The notes: generated from the letters alone by a model not told the origin. Shown: positions 52,867-62,243, counted from the first letter of the stretch. The stretch is 64,000 bases of DNA from a virus (IMGVR_UViG_3300035208_002851:36979-100978), one strand, 5' to 3'. Program-made: numbers and translations.

Positions 52867-53106
52867 GTGGGGATTGAGTTGAAAAATTATATTGGTGGTA
52901 AAAAGTTGGATCAGTCTCATAGAGTTCTACAGAGGATTTGCAGTTGCGGCGAACACTTTACTTGTGAGGGAGAATGCCATGATGTTGAAAGAATTAAATC
53001 ACCAGAAAACTGTAACTGCGGAGATTGTACTAACATTCGAGGATTTTATTCTGCTGGTTCACCACATTGGTGTAAATCACGATTCCCGAATGGGAGGCCA
53101 CAGTAG
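52867..53106 (+). CDS. IGG-motif Cys-rich microprotein (N-terminal)
   Basis: KNYIGGKKLDQ. Confidence 0.7.
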   Translation: MGIELKNYIGGKKLDQSHRVLQRICSCGEHFTCEGECHDVERIKSPENCNCGDCTNIRGFYSAGSPHWCKSRFPNGRPQ

Positions 53107-53331
53107 ATGAAAAATTATATCGGTGGAACCAAAGTTAATCAAGCGGGATTTCCGAAAAAATGTGCCATGTGTAAAAAAATTTTCACTTGCCAAAATGAAT
53201 GTGGAATTAGGGAAAGAATAACTAATATGGACCAATGTGACTGTCCTTCGTGTGCACAGCGATATGATCATTACCCAGAAGGTTCGCCAGCGTACTGTAG
53301 AACGAGATTCCCAGAAAGACATCCGCGCTAA
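53107..53331 (+). CDS. IGG-motif Cys-rich microprotein (N-terminal)
   Basis: MKNYIGGTKVNQ; paralog of 52867 (FTC..EC...ERI.....C.C..C...GSP..C..RFP). Confidence 0.7.
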   Translation: MKNYIGGTKVNQAGFPKKCAMCKKIFTCQNECGIRERITNMDQCDCPSCAQRYDHYPEGSPAYCRTRFPERHPR

Positions 53332-53397
53332 AAGCAAAACTTTATATGTTCCATTTTGTAAGTAGAGATACAGAGCAAAACAAAAAAGTGACAAAAT

Positions 53398-53607
53398 ATG
53401 AAAACTGTAAAAATTGGTAGATTCGGACAGCAATTAAAAGAAATCGCCTTTTCAGATGGCGAAAATGTCAACGATGCGCTTACCGCAGCAAAAGAAACCC
53501 TCAAAAAGGGCGAAACTTTAACCATTGACGGCGAAACTGTTCGTGGTAGCTACGTCTTTGAAGATGGCGACGTAATCATCATCGAAGCATCCACCACCGG
53601 CGCATAA
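53398..53607 (+). CDS. Ubiquitin-like (beta-grasp) protein
   Basis: 69 aa; V.DAL..A, IDGE, EDGDVIII, C-terminus STTGA; first gene of the E2-JAB-E1 cluster. Confidence 0.75.
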   Translation: MKTVKIGRFGQQLKEIAFSDGENVNDALTAAKETLKKGETLTIDGETVRGSYVFEDGDVIIIEASTTGA

Positions 53608-53776
53608 ATCGGCCCAAACACAGTTTAGTGTCTTTCAACCTAAACTAACTCTTTTTTTTATTCAACTTTTCAGCAAAGTTTTCAACCCCTTTAAGCAGAA
53701 AGCTTTATATCTGCCTTTAAGTTTTCTTAAGTTAAAAACAGTTTAAACAAAAAACAAAAAAAATGGAGGAAAAAAA

Positions 53777-55033
53777 TTGAATATAACTTTCGGAAAATTC
53801 GGTGAAGAAGACGAAGATCCACCGATTAAACCTTCAGACTTACAAAGCTTGAAGGACTTCATCACTTCTTTGGTGAATACTCTTAAGCTAAAGAACTACC
53901 GTGAAATCTACGTTGCTGGCCCGCATCAATGCTACAGCCAAGAATACGAACCCAGGACAAAACAAAAAGACATCCTTGAAATCTACTTCTACAGCTTACC
54001 AGATGGGTTAAGCGGTGACTTTGATCGCATTGACCAAATCGTCGCTAACGGCAACACAATCGTTCTCAGAGAAGGTCAAAAAGATTCCATCAAAATTCTT
54101 TCAACGACAGCAAGCTACAAATCTATAGAGGACGACGAAGGTCGACTGATTGCACTCATAAAAGACAACCAAATGTGGGTTCTATGTGACTTGCTACACA
54201 ATGTTGGCACATCTACAGAGGCACAAAGCGTTGCAAAGGATGTCATGCGCTACATCGTTGACATATATTTCAATCCCCCGACAGAAGTGGAACTACGTAA
54301 ACGAGCTGCGGAGAAAATTGATGCCATCATCGAAGAACATTTCGGTAAACACACAAAAGACCTTGAACAGAGAGTCAAAAGTTTAACAGCGGATCTACAA
54401 GAGCGAGAACGGCAGTTAGCGCAGAGTGTCAGAAACTTAGCTTATGAGAGCGAAATGCTTGACCTTGCGAAACGGCGTGTGAAACCAAATGCAGAACAAA
54501 TCATGCGCAACATGGAGAAGATGCCTTTCGTCAAAAAAATCTACTTCAAAAACGGCGTTGTCACAGTTGACACAAAACCAATCAACATCGGTCCCTTCGA
54601 GTACGGTTCGTGGACAATTCAGTTGACACAAGACATAGCCAAATTTACACATGAAGTACAATCAGCCAGCGTTAGACACCCCTACGAGTACGAAGACCAC
54701 AGATTTTGCATGGGCGGATTCGAGAGAAACTACGCATTAGCTGTTTCATCTGGAGAATTCGACAAAGCGTTAACCATCTGTAGACTTGAAATCACAAATT
54801 ATTCAACAGAGACAAGGCAGAAGCCACTTGAAGATTTCCTGAAGAAAATCATGGGCACAGCAAGATTCAACAAAGTCCTCAAAGAAGTTAGGGAAGAAAA
54901 GTTCCCAGACGCAGATGGTCTATTCATCTCAAAGATAGGCGGTGCTACAGTAACGTTTATCGCAACAAAGAAAGCGGCCGATGGCCATGAAGTACCAACA
55001 GTAAAGAGTGTGGAGATCAACTATGCCGAATGA
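53777..55033 (+). CDS. Coiled-coil + prokaryotic E2-like (UBC-fold) protein
   Basis: HPY(x)6FCMG (54677-54715) matches the E2 HP(x)n-C active-site motif; operon context. Confidence 0.55.
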   Translation: MNITFGKFGEEDEDPPIKPSDLQSLKDFITSLVNTLKLKNYREIYVAGPHQCYSQEYEPRTKQKDILEIYFYSLPDGLSGDFDRIDQIVANGNTIVLREGQKDSIKILSTTASYKSIEDDEGRLIALIKDNQMWVLCDLLHNVGTSTEAQSVAKDVMRYIVDIYFNPPTEVELRKRAAEKIDAIIEEHFGKHTKDLEQRVKSLTADLQERERQLAQSVRNLAYESEMLDLAKRRVKPNAEQIMRNMEKMPFVKKIYFKNGVVTVDTKPINIGPFEYGSWTIQLTQDIAKFTHEVQSASVRHPYEYEDHRFCMGGFERNYALAVSSGEFDKALTICRLEITNYSTETRQKPLEDFLKKIMGTARFNKVLKEVREEKFPDADGLFISKIGGATVTFIATKKAADGHEVPTVKSVEINYAE

Positions 55034-56135
55034 GATACAAATAGACTACCCAATCTACTCAAAGATGTTCGCTTACGCTGAAATCGCCAAGAAAACATTT
55101 GACTCAGAAGTCGGCGGCTACCTCATCATAGATGAACTTGAGGGAGGGGGCCTAAAGGTAGAAGACATTATTCTACCCAAGCAAACTGTAAGCGGCGCTA
55201 CGTTTACGACAAAACCAGGACTCAAAGTGGATCCATCAGTGATACCGAAGATACGCGGATTCTGGCATTCCCACCATAACATGGGCACATTCCACAGTTC
55301 TACAGACGACACAACCCTTGGGGACAAATGGAATGGAGAAACCCATGGCAGCGCACCATATGCAGTCTCTATAGTCGTTGCTTTCCCAAACAAGATCATC
55401 GCCTACGTTCAATACTTCAAGCCTATTTTGCTTGAAAAGCTTGAAATCCCAGTAGTGGTGTTACACCCACCGGACGTAACAGGACTCTATGAGAAGTGCG
55501 AAGCTGAGGTCAAGGCGCAAGTATCTAAAGAAGTCTACAATCAAAATTGGAAATGGATGGGAGGCGACTATGAGGAGCTTCCCTCCCCAAAAGACACTGG
55601 AGACGCATCAAGTCCTACAACAGATGAAGAAATGAAAGCGGTCACAGAAAAGTTCCTGCTTGACGAGGCATGTGACGCAATTATAGATCCAACAACAGGT
55701 ATGAGTGTGACGGAGCTTAAAGTACATGGAATGTGGAACCCTACTAAGTACGACCACGACTTAGCAGTACAAGTTAAGCAGATGGTAGAACTTCTAAGAG
55801 AGAAGTACCGCAAGCCCACGGATGAAGAAAAACTGAAATTCGGACAATGCGTCCATATATGTCTCAACCAGCAAAACAAGCCAATATGTTTCATACAAGG
55901 CAAAAACTATGACTGCTCGAAGTGTCAACGAAACCCCAAAAACAAAAAGACCGAAGAAAAGAAGATGTGTGATCCTCTCAATTTAAGCACAGGTTGCCCG
56001 GCAAACCCCGAAATGAAAGGACAATGCCATACATGTAATTTAAACATTTATATGTATGAGCAACCTAAAACTACCGTGGCTGAGCCATCATCAGAAGTTG
56101 TGCAACCAATAGAAGCTTCACAACCCTCATCTTAG
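55023..56135 (+). CDS. JAB/MPN+ isopeptidase with C-terminal Cys-rich region
   Basis: EVGGY, LPKQ.VS, WHSHHNMGTFHSSTD. Confidence 0.85.
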   Translation: MPNEIQIDYPIYSKMFAYAEIAKKTFDSEVGGYLIIDELEGGGLKVEDIILPKQTVSGATFTTKPGLKVDPSVIPKIRGFWHSHHNMGTFHSSTDDTTLGDKWNGETHGSAPYAVSIVVAFPNKIIAYVQYFKPILLEKLEIPVVVLHPPDVTGLYEKCEAEVKAQVSKEVYNQNWKWMGGDYEELPSPKDTGDASSPTTDEEMKAVTEKFLLDEACDAIIDPTTGMSVTELKVHGMWNPTKYDHDLAVQVKQMVELLREKYRKPTDEEKLKFGQCVHICLNQQNKPICFIQGKNYDCSKCQRNPKNKKTEEKKMCDPLNLSTGCPANPEMKGQCHTCNLNIYMYEQPKTTVAEPSSEVVQPIEASQPSS

Positions 56136-56192
56136 ACAATATTTATATTGTCCTTTTTCTTTTTTATTCTTAATTAAAGAGTGTGACACGAA

Positions 56193-56864
56193 ATGTCAGA
56201 ATACCTTAGACAACAGGCTATAGTTAACCAAGAAAAACTCGCCGCACTGCGCATAGCTATTATCGGTGCTGGAAGTATAGGTAGTTTTACCGCGCTTGCG
56301 CTGACAAAGATGGGATGCGAGCATCTTACCCTCTGGGACAAAGACACTGTAGAACTCCATAATGTATCGAACCAATTTTTCAACAAAGACTCTATTGGAA
56401 TCCCGAAAGTAGTTGCTACAAGCCAGGAATGTCAAAGGTATACCCCGAAAAGTGTTGACATTATGTACTACCATGAGTTCTATGAGGGACAGAAACTTGA
56501 CAATTTCGACATCGTGATTGCCTTGACAGACAACATTGAAGGGCGCAAGGCTGCCTTTGAAGCATCTAAGGCTTCGCCAAAGGTTGCACTGTACATGGAT
56601 GGTCGCATGGGTGGCGAACTTTTCAGGACGTTTTGTTTCAATCCTAAAAATGTGGCGTTAGCAACGGAGTATTACAATGACTACATAGACGGTGTGCAGA
56701 ATGAGGAGCTGCCATGCACCGCGCGTACTATAGTGTACAACGTGATGATGGCTTCGAGCGTGATAGCCAGCTTTGTCAAGAAGTTTACACAGGGCGAGGC
56801 AACGCCGTTTCAGTTGTTGTTCAACTTTGGTAACTATAGTTTCTCAAAGTCGAAGCTGGAGTAG
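56193..56864 (+). CDS. ThiF/E1-like adenylyltransferase
   Basis: IIGAGSIGS, D.DTVE.HN..NQ, G.PKV, TDN..GR, DGRMG, LPCT. Confidence 0.9.
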   Translation: MSEYLRQQAIVNQEKLAALRIAIIGAGSIGSFTALALTKMGCEHLTLWDKDTVELHNVSNQFFNKDSIGIPKVVATSQECQRYTPKSVDIMYYHEFYEGQKLDNFDIVIALTDNIEGRKAAFEASKASPKVALYMDGRMGGELFRTFCFNPKNVALATEYYNDYIDGVQNEELPCTARTIVYNVMMASSVIASFVKKFTQGEATPFQLLFNFGNYSFSKSKLE

Positions 56865-56870
56865 GTAACA

Positions 56871-57077
56871 TTGAGATGTAAAAAATGTGGTAGAACATTC
56901 GTCTGTTATAGTAGCAAAACACATAAACCATGTTTTGCTGTGATTAATAATCCTAATTACAGTTGTGTGTGTGACGATTGCAGTACCTCTTCAAAGGGGC
57001 AATGTGTTACTACGCTTGCGCAAGCAGAGGATAAAAAAGTGATAGGCGGCTACAGAGTTCTACAGAGAAGGTGTTAA
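56871..57077 (+). CDS. IGG-motif Cys-rich microprotein (C-terminal)
   Basis: DKKVIGGYRVLQRRC*. Confidence 0.7.
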   Translation: MRCKKCGRTFVCYSSKTHKPCFAVINNPNYSCVCDDCSTSSKGQCVTTLAQAEDKKVIGGYRVLQRRC

Positions 57078-57286
57078 ACGTGAAATGCAGAAAATGCGGA
57101 AGAATGTTTAAGTGTTCACCCAAAGAAGGTGAAGGTGCATGCTCAAGTGCTGGTACAAATAGTTATGTTTGCATGTGTTCCGTCTGCGATGAGGGATTCA
57201 CGAGCCAATTATGTACAACTATTCCTATAGTTAAGGATAAAAAGTTTATTGGCGGTTACAAAATTTTACAGAAGGTTCAAAAATGA
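57071..57286 (+). CDS. IGG-motif Cys-rich microprotein (C-terminal)
   Basis: DKKFIGGYKILQKVQK*; paralog of 56871. Confidence 0.7.
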   Translation: MLNVKCRKCGRMFKCSPKEGEGACSSAGTNSYVCMCSVCDEGFTSQLCTTIPIVKDKKFIGGYKILQKVQK

Positions 57287-58326
57287 AAATACTAAGAAGA
57301 TTGAAAGTGCCGACGGGAGACATTCTGGTAGTAGAAGGACAAAAAGGCTCTCTGGAGATGCTTAGTCTCGGAGACTACGGTAAGGATGTCAACCTTAAAG
57401 CTGACTGCCTAGGTTTAACCAGAGATATAGCTGACGTTAAACATACAAAGTTGTTACCTTTTGAAGAAAAATGGGTCATAACCATTTCAACGCAATATGG
57501 ATGTGAATCGTATTGCAGTTTTTGTGATGTTCCCAAATGTAACACGATTGCTTTCCGCCCAGATATGAAAGTCTATGGTTCTCTCTATAAAAATCGTAAT
57601 GCAACTTTTAATGACTTAATCCAGCAGGTATTGATAGGTGCACATTTACATCCAGAAGTAAAGTTCTCTAAACACTTAAACATCCATTTCGCAAGAATGG
57701 GTGAACCAACATGGAACCCGAATGTTCTTGACGCAGCCAAATTCTTTAGAGAGCATCTTTATCCAGAATATAAGGTGCACCCAGTAGTTTCTACTATGAT
57801 GCCTAATAACAATGAATGGTTAAAAACATTCATACACAACTGGATGAGACTGAAAAATCGCTTGTATGAAGGCAATGCAGGGTTGCAACTTAGCATAAAT
57901 TCTACAAACGAAAAAGAGAGGTTCAAAATGTTTAGCGGCAACGCTTGTACTCTTCCTCAGATTGAAAAGATAATGGAAGGGGTTGTTCCATTTGGTAGAA
58001 AAATCACGTTGAACTTTGCGGTTGCTGACTTTGAGATCAATCCGAAAGTTCTATTAGATTACTTTAACCCAGAGTATTACATCATAAAATTAACACCGAT
58101 GCACAAAACTCTAAAGGCTTTGGAAAACAAGATAAAGACAAAAGGTGACTACACAACGATGTATCCTTATGCTGAAATAGAGAAGTCCTTGAAAGAAGCA
58201 GGCTATGATGTACTTGTCTTTATAGCATCGAAAGAGGAGGATTTGGGTAGAATTACTTGCGGTAACGCAATCTTGAGTGGAACACTGCCTGAGGTTCCAT
58301 ATGAGGAAGTAGGTGAGAAACTTTGA
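57283..58326 (+). CDS. Radical SAM enzyme, RlmN/Cfr-like
   Basis: STQYGCESYCSFC (CxxxCxxC), MGEP, VST, QLS, C-terminal CG. Confidence 0.8.
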   Translation: MKILRRLKVPTGDILVVEGQKGSLEMLSLGDYGKDVNLKADCLGLTRDIADVKHTKLLPFEEKWVITISTQYGCESYCSFCDVPKCNTIAFRPDMKVYGSLYKNRNATFNDLIQQVLIGAHLHPEVKFSKHLNIHFARMGEPTWNPNVLDAAKFFREHLYPEYKVHPVVSTMMPNNNEWLKTFIHNWMRLKNRLYEGNAGLQLSINSTNEKERFKMFSGNACTLPQIEKIMEGVVPFGRKITLNFAVADFEINPKVLLDYFNPEYYIIKLTPMHKTLKALENKIKTKGDYTTMYPYAEIEKSLKEAGYDVLVFIASKEEDLGRITCGNAILSGTLPEVPYEEVGEKL

Positions 58327-58703
58327 AAGATATAAAAATTTGTTTAGAATGCGGATGTCTGGATTACCGTCAGAAAGAAGAGGCACATATAATACTTAGC
58401 GGTGACATAACTTACAGTTTTGATGAAGTACAAGGACATTATATTATAAATGAAAATACCTACGATGAGGATGCTGCCGAAGGTGCAGACTGGGAAAATG
58501 AAGGTGCCCCAGAATGCCAAAATTGCGAGTCTGGTGATCTATTGGATGTTCAACTCACGGAAGAACAATACAGATATTTGATAGCTTTAGAGGATGAAAA
58601 GCGCATAGAGGTAGCTAAAGCTATCAAAGAAGGAAAGTTTACACAGGCGAAGCCAAGAAAAAACGCGAAATATATTGGGGGAGGAAAAGTGTTACAATGT
58701 TGA
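58323..58703 (+). CDS. IGG-motif acidic Zn-ribbon protein (C-terminal)
   Basis: CLEC...CQNC; NAKYIGGGKVLQC*. Confidence 0.7.
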   Translation: MKDIKICLECGCLDYRQKEEAHIILSGDITYSFDEVQGHYIINENTYDEDAAEGADWENEGAPECQNCESGDLLDVQLTEEQYRYLIALEDEKRIEVAKAIKEGKFTQAKPRKNAKYIGGGKVLQC

Positions 58704-58930
58704 AGCATACTTGTAGAACTTGCCATAGAGAATTCTACTGTGTAACGAGTCCTGATGCGGAAGGATTAACTATAGAATACGCTTGTAATAAGAAAACTGA
58801 TGAGGAACATTGCCTTACTATGTGTAATTGTAGTGACTGTGTAGGTCACACCAGAGTTTGCAAGAGCATCTACAGTCTGCCGAAGGTAAGAAAGGAAAAA
58901 TTCATTGGAGGGGAACAGAGATTTCAATAG
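58697..58930 (+). CDS. IGG-motif Cys-rich microprotein (C-terminal)
   Basis: KEKFIGGEQRFQ*. Confidence 0.7.
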   Translation: MLKHTCRTCHREFYCVTSPDAEGLTIEYACNKKTDEEHCLTMCNCSDCVGHTRVCKSIYSLPKVRKEKFIGGEQRFQ

Positions 58931-59172
58931 AGAGAAAACTGAAAGTGGGAGACAGGGTTTGGATAAAGTTTGGAGATAGTTTTTTCCGAAAGGAATATCC
59001 TCATGCACCAATGCTTGTTGAAATAGTTGATTGTAGCGGATCATCCTTTGGAGCACGTCCCGTTAACAAAAGTATGTACCAATACGCTTATGGTTATATG
59101 ATTGATGAGATTTTTGGGGGACCGAAGGTGAGGAAGGCTAATTTCATAGGAGGAGTACAAGTTCAGCAATAA
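58927..59172 (+). CDS. IGG-motif SH3/KOW-like microprotein (C-terminal); start uncertain
   Basis: KVGDRVWI; KANFIGGVQVQQ*; in-frame ATA at 58927 or upstream TTG at 58858. Confidence 0.6.
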   Translation: MERKLKVGDRVWIKFGDSFFRKEYPHAPMLVEIVDCSGSSFGARPVNKSMYQYAYGYMIDEIFGGPKVRKANFIGGVQVQQ

Positions 59173-59413
59173 ATACAAGGTAGGGGATAAGGTATGGATT
59201 AGATACGGCAATGATAATTGCCGCGGAAATCTTCCACACCAATCTGTTTTGGTGAAAATAACAGATATTAGTAGTAGTCCGCAAGGATTCCATGCGGTAG
59301 CTGTAGCTGTAGAATTATCCAAAATAGATTATTGGCATTCTACGAATGAAATTATATATGCTCCTAAAGAGAGAAAGGGAAACTTTATTGGTGGACACCA
59401 AGTCTACCAGTAG
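59171..59413 (+). CDS. IGG-motif SH3/KOW-like microprotein (C-terminal); no canonical start (not in ORF track)
   Basis: KYKVGDKVWI...KGNFIGGHQVYQ*; paralog of the previous gene. Confidence 0.6.
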   Translation, partial: KYKVGDKVWIRYGNDNCRGNLPHQSVLVKITDISSSPQGFHAVAVAVELSKIDYWHSTNEIIYAPKERKGNFIGGHQVYQ

Positions 59414-59475
59414 AAGAGAAGCCAGAAAATATATATAAACCTAAAGAGTAGAACTTATAGAAGTGTAGATTTATT

Positions 59476-60186
59476 ATGGAGTTTCTTTCCACTACAAGTG
59501 AATTTTCGTTTTCGGTAGAAGAAGCCCTTAAAACAGGGTTCTATGTGTCTGGGACCCCTGGGTCGGGAAAGTCGGACATAGCTATGCTTTGCGCGGATGA
59601 GCTCCGCAAGGCGGGAGCGATAGTTATGGTGTGGGATCCTTCTCAGGATTGGCTTGAACGTTACCCTATAGATTATGTGATAAAGTTTAAGAACCCTCCA
59701 TATGCGCTGGAAGATATACAACTTAAGGACGCTATTTTTGATACCTCAACACTAACTGTCCTACAGATGCAGGAAGTGGTAGATAGATTTTGCTGGTTAC
59801 TTTTTAATTATCAAGCCAAAAAAGCAAAAGAGGACAGAAAGCAGTTTTTCTTGATTTTTGAGGAAGCGCAAGTTATGATTCCACAAGGTGTAATGAGGTC
59901 TAAGAGACTACAGAATGTGGCAAGAGTAATAACTGTTGGTAGAAACTATAAGATACGGGTTGGAATTGTAACGCAGTTTGCGGCTACTGTGGATAAAGAT
60001 GCTCTAAAATCCGCAAAAATGCGGTGGTTCGGATGGACAGACGAATATAATGATGTCTCGTATATTGGAAAAATGGTGGGCGAGGAAGAAGCTAAAGGAT
60101 TGCGTTATTACGAACCGGGAACGTTCTTATTCAATTACACAGCCAAGAATACAATGGAAAAGATAAAGATTAAGCCTTACAAGTAG
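59476..60186 (+). CDS. HerA/FtsK-superfamily P-loop ATPase
   Basis: GTPGSGKS, VWDP, LIFEEAQ, GRNY...VTQ. Confidence 0.8.
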   Translation: MEFLSTTSEFSFSVEEALKTGFYVSGTPGSGKSDIAMLCADELRKAGAIVMVWDPSQDWLERYPIDYVIKFKNPPYALEDIQLKDAIFDTSTLTVLQMQEVVDRFCWLLFNYQAKKAKEDRKQFFLIFEEAQVMIPQGVMRSKRLQNVARVITVGRNYKIRVGIVTQFAATVDKDALKSAKMRWFGWTDEYNDVSYIGKMVGEEEAKGLRYYEPGTFLFNYTAKNTMEKIKIKPYK

Positions 60187-60261
60187 AAGTGAAACTTTAT
60201 ATATTCCAGTTGTGTAGTGTTTCACAGAACGTTGAAAGCAAAGCTGAAAGAGGAAAAAGAT

Positions 60262-60546
60262 ATGGATTGCCCAAAGTGTGGACGTGAGTTGAAACCGCAG
60301 AGCCATTATTGGCCTGACCCAAAACGCGCAAATGGCGTTGTTCAACATGGTTTACCAGAGGACTGGTATTCTTATTCTAACATAAAGCCGCAGTATGGCG
60401 GAGATTGCTCATATTGTGGCGGTAAGTTCATAAAAATTAAGAACGGTGACATCTACGAATGGCTAGTCGGACACTGGGAGTTGTTCAGCAAAGCTAAAAA
60501 CCATAGAACAAATGTGAAGCCGATTGGAGGAAGATGGGTTCAATGA
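60262..60546 (+). CDS. IGG-motif Zn-ribbon microprotein (C-terminal)
   Basis: MDCPKCG; VKPIGGRWVQ*. Confidence 0.7.
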   Translation: MDCPKCGRELKPQSHYWPDPKRANGVVQHGLPEDWYSYSNIKPQYGGDCSYCGGKFIKIKNGDIYEWLVGHWELFSKAKNHRTNVKPIGGRWVQ

Positions 60547-60812
60547 ATTGTGCAAAATGTGGTTCACCGTTAGTGCGTGGTAGTACCGATGGTTGGAACG
60601 AAGGGTACAATTTTGGCAAAGTCCTACCAAAGGATTGGTTGCAAGGTATCATACGATGGGACTGCAATCATAGTGGTTGTTATCATACTCATATTCAGTT
60701 AAAAGACGGATCTGTTTATGTTTGTTTAAATGGATCTTGGGTTCTACAGAAAAGAAAAGTTACACGTATTGTTCCCAGAGAACAAATCATAGGAGGATAT
60801 TTTGTTCAATGA
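60543..60812 (+). CDS. IGG-motif Zn-ribbon microprotein (C-terminal)
   Basis: MNCAKCG; EQIIGGYFVQ*. Confidence 0.7.
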   Translation: MNCAKCGSPLVRGSTDGWNEGYNFGKVLPKDWLQGIIRWDCNHSGCYHTHIQLKDGSVYVCLNGSWVLQKRKVTRIVPREQIIGGYFVQ

Positions 60813-61075
60813 AGTGCCCAGAGTGTCATAAAACAATACCATTAGCAGGATTTCACCTTAATGAAAGCGATAATTATGGTCATTCTTTACCCACAGGATG
60901 GTGTAAAGATCATAAGTTATATTATTGCTGTCATTGTTCTATCCATGTCGTTTTACTTAAAGATGGCTCAGCCTATCGTTATATAGACGGCGCTGCAAAT
61001 AATTGGGAAAAAATCAAGGTAACAGTAAGAAAAGTACCAAAAAGCCAAATAATAGGAGGACATTTTGTACAATGA
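60809..61075 (+). CDS. IGG-motif Zn-ribbon microprotein (C-terminal)
   Basis: MKCPEC; SQIIGGHFVQ*. Confidence 0.7.
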   Translation: MKCPECHKTIPLAGFHLNESDNYGHSLPTGWCKDHKLYYCCHCSIHVVLLKDGSAYRYIDGAANNWEKIKVTVRKVPKSQIIGGHFVQ

Positions 61076-61419
61076 AAGTCCATAGTGTATGTATCCTGTG
61101 TCTTAAAACATGTAAGCAACCATATTCAGAGTGGGATGATAATCAGCCCGAATTAAAGTTCTGCCCCAACTTTGATGCTCCGCGGAGTAAACTTCCAATA
61201 GAGACTTTGGATGAACTTATAGAAAACGTGAAACCTCAAGTGATACCTACAAGGGGTGTTCTTCCTCAAGATTACCAAAATAAGAGGTTCTACGATTATT
61301 TTGTAGAATTACGTAAAGTTTACATCCCATGCTCAAAGTGTAAACACATGATTGCGCCGGATGAACTCTACAGAGTGATACTGGATGAACCGGTTTGTCA
61401 GAGGTGTGTGAAAACATGA
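61072..61419 (+). CDS. Cys-rich hypothetical protein
   Basis: ATGA-coupled; CxxC pairs. Confidence 0.55.
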   Translation: MKVHSVCILCLKTCKQPYSEWDDNQPELKFCPNFDAPRSKLPIETLDELIENVKPQVIPTRGVLPQDYQNKRFYDYFVELRKVYIPCSKCKHMIAPDELYRVILDEPVCQRCVKT

Positions 61420-61565
61420 GAGCAGTCTGGATTATTTTCTACGCGGGTAGAATACAAGCGGTGCTAAGTACGGAAACTAAGGCAAAGGAATTTTGTGCTT
61501 TCCAGGGAGAGCATCAACTTGACAAGGTGGATTTGTGGTCTTACGAAGTGTGGTTGGTGGAGTAG

Positions 61566-61823
61566 ATGAAGTGTCCAATTTGCAATTCTGATAAACCGTT
61601 TGGAGAAGGAGGTTATTTGGGCACAAATTTAGCTAACGAGTCGGGCTTACCAAAATGGTTTGATGTTATAGATTGCTGTATCTGTTGTGATACAGCGTCC
61701 ATTTTATTAAAGGACGGATCTATCTATACTTGGCCCTTTATACAATCCAAGGATAGATGGACTTTATTCCGCAAACTAATTAAAAATCCTAAATTCATAG
61801 GTGGATTCAAAGTTATACAATAG
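61566..61823 (+). CDS. IGG-motif Zn-ribbon microprotein (C-terminal)
   Basis: MKCPIC; NPKFIGGFKVIQ*. Confidence 0.7.
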   Translation: MKCPICNSDKPFGEGGYLGTNLANESGLPKWFDVIDCCICCDTASILLKDGSIYTWPFIQSKDRWTLFRKLIKNPKFIGGFKVIQ

Positions 61824-62243
61824 GTGAAAACTATGGATGATAACTTAGTAGATAAATTCAAGCAAAGATTCTCATGGTTCCCAAAAAATGACCCAATGTA
61901 TATTAAAGTAACATTTCCTATGTCTATACATTGTGATAATGGATGGTTCGATTTAATTTGGAAACTATGTGAGGATATTGACATCGTGGTTCAGCGAGAA
62001 TCTTGGAAGGATTTCAGGGTTGACCAAATTAAGGAGAAGTTCGGTGGGTTGCGCTTTTACGTTAATGGTGCAAACAAAGAAGTTTTTGACTTGATACATG
62101 AAGCGGAAGCCAAAAGCTTTAAAATTTGCGAAGTTTGCGGGAAGAAGGGTTCGATGCACGTTGGATTTGGCTGGTACAGAACTATATGTGCCAAGTGTGC
62201 TAAGTCGGATCCTAAGAGAACTTGGGTTAAGGTGAAATTATGA
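61824..62243 (+). CDS. Conserved phage protein (GW...QIKEKFGGLRFY...CEVCG family)
   Basis: Recognisable motif of a widespread phage family of unknown function. Confidence 0.6.
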   Translation: MKTMDDNLVDKFKQRFSWFPKNDPMYIKVTFPMSIHCDNGWFDLIWKLCEDIDIVVQRESWKDFRVDQIKEKFGGLRFYVNGANKEVFDLIHEAEAKSFKICEVCGKKGSMHVGFGWYRTICAKCAKSDPKRTWVKVKL

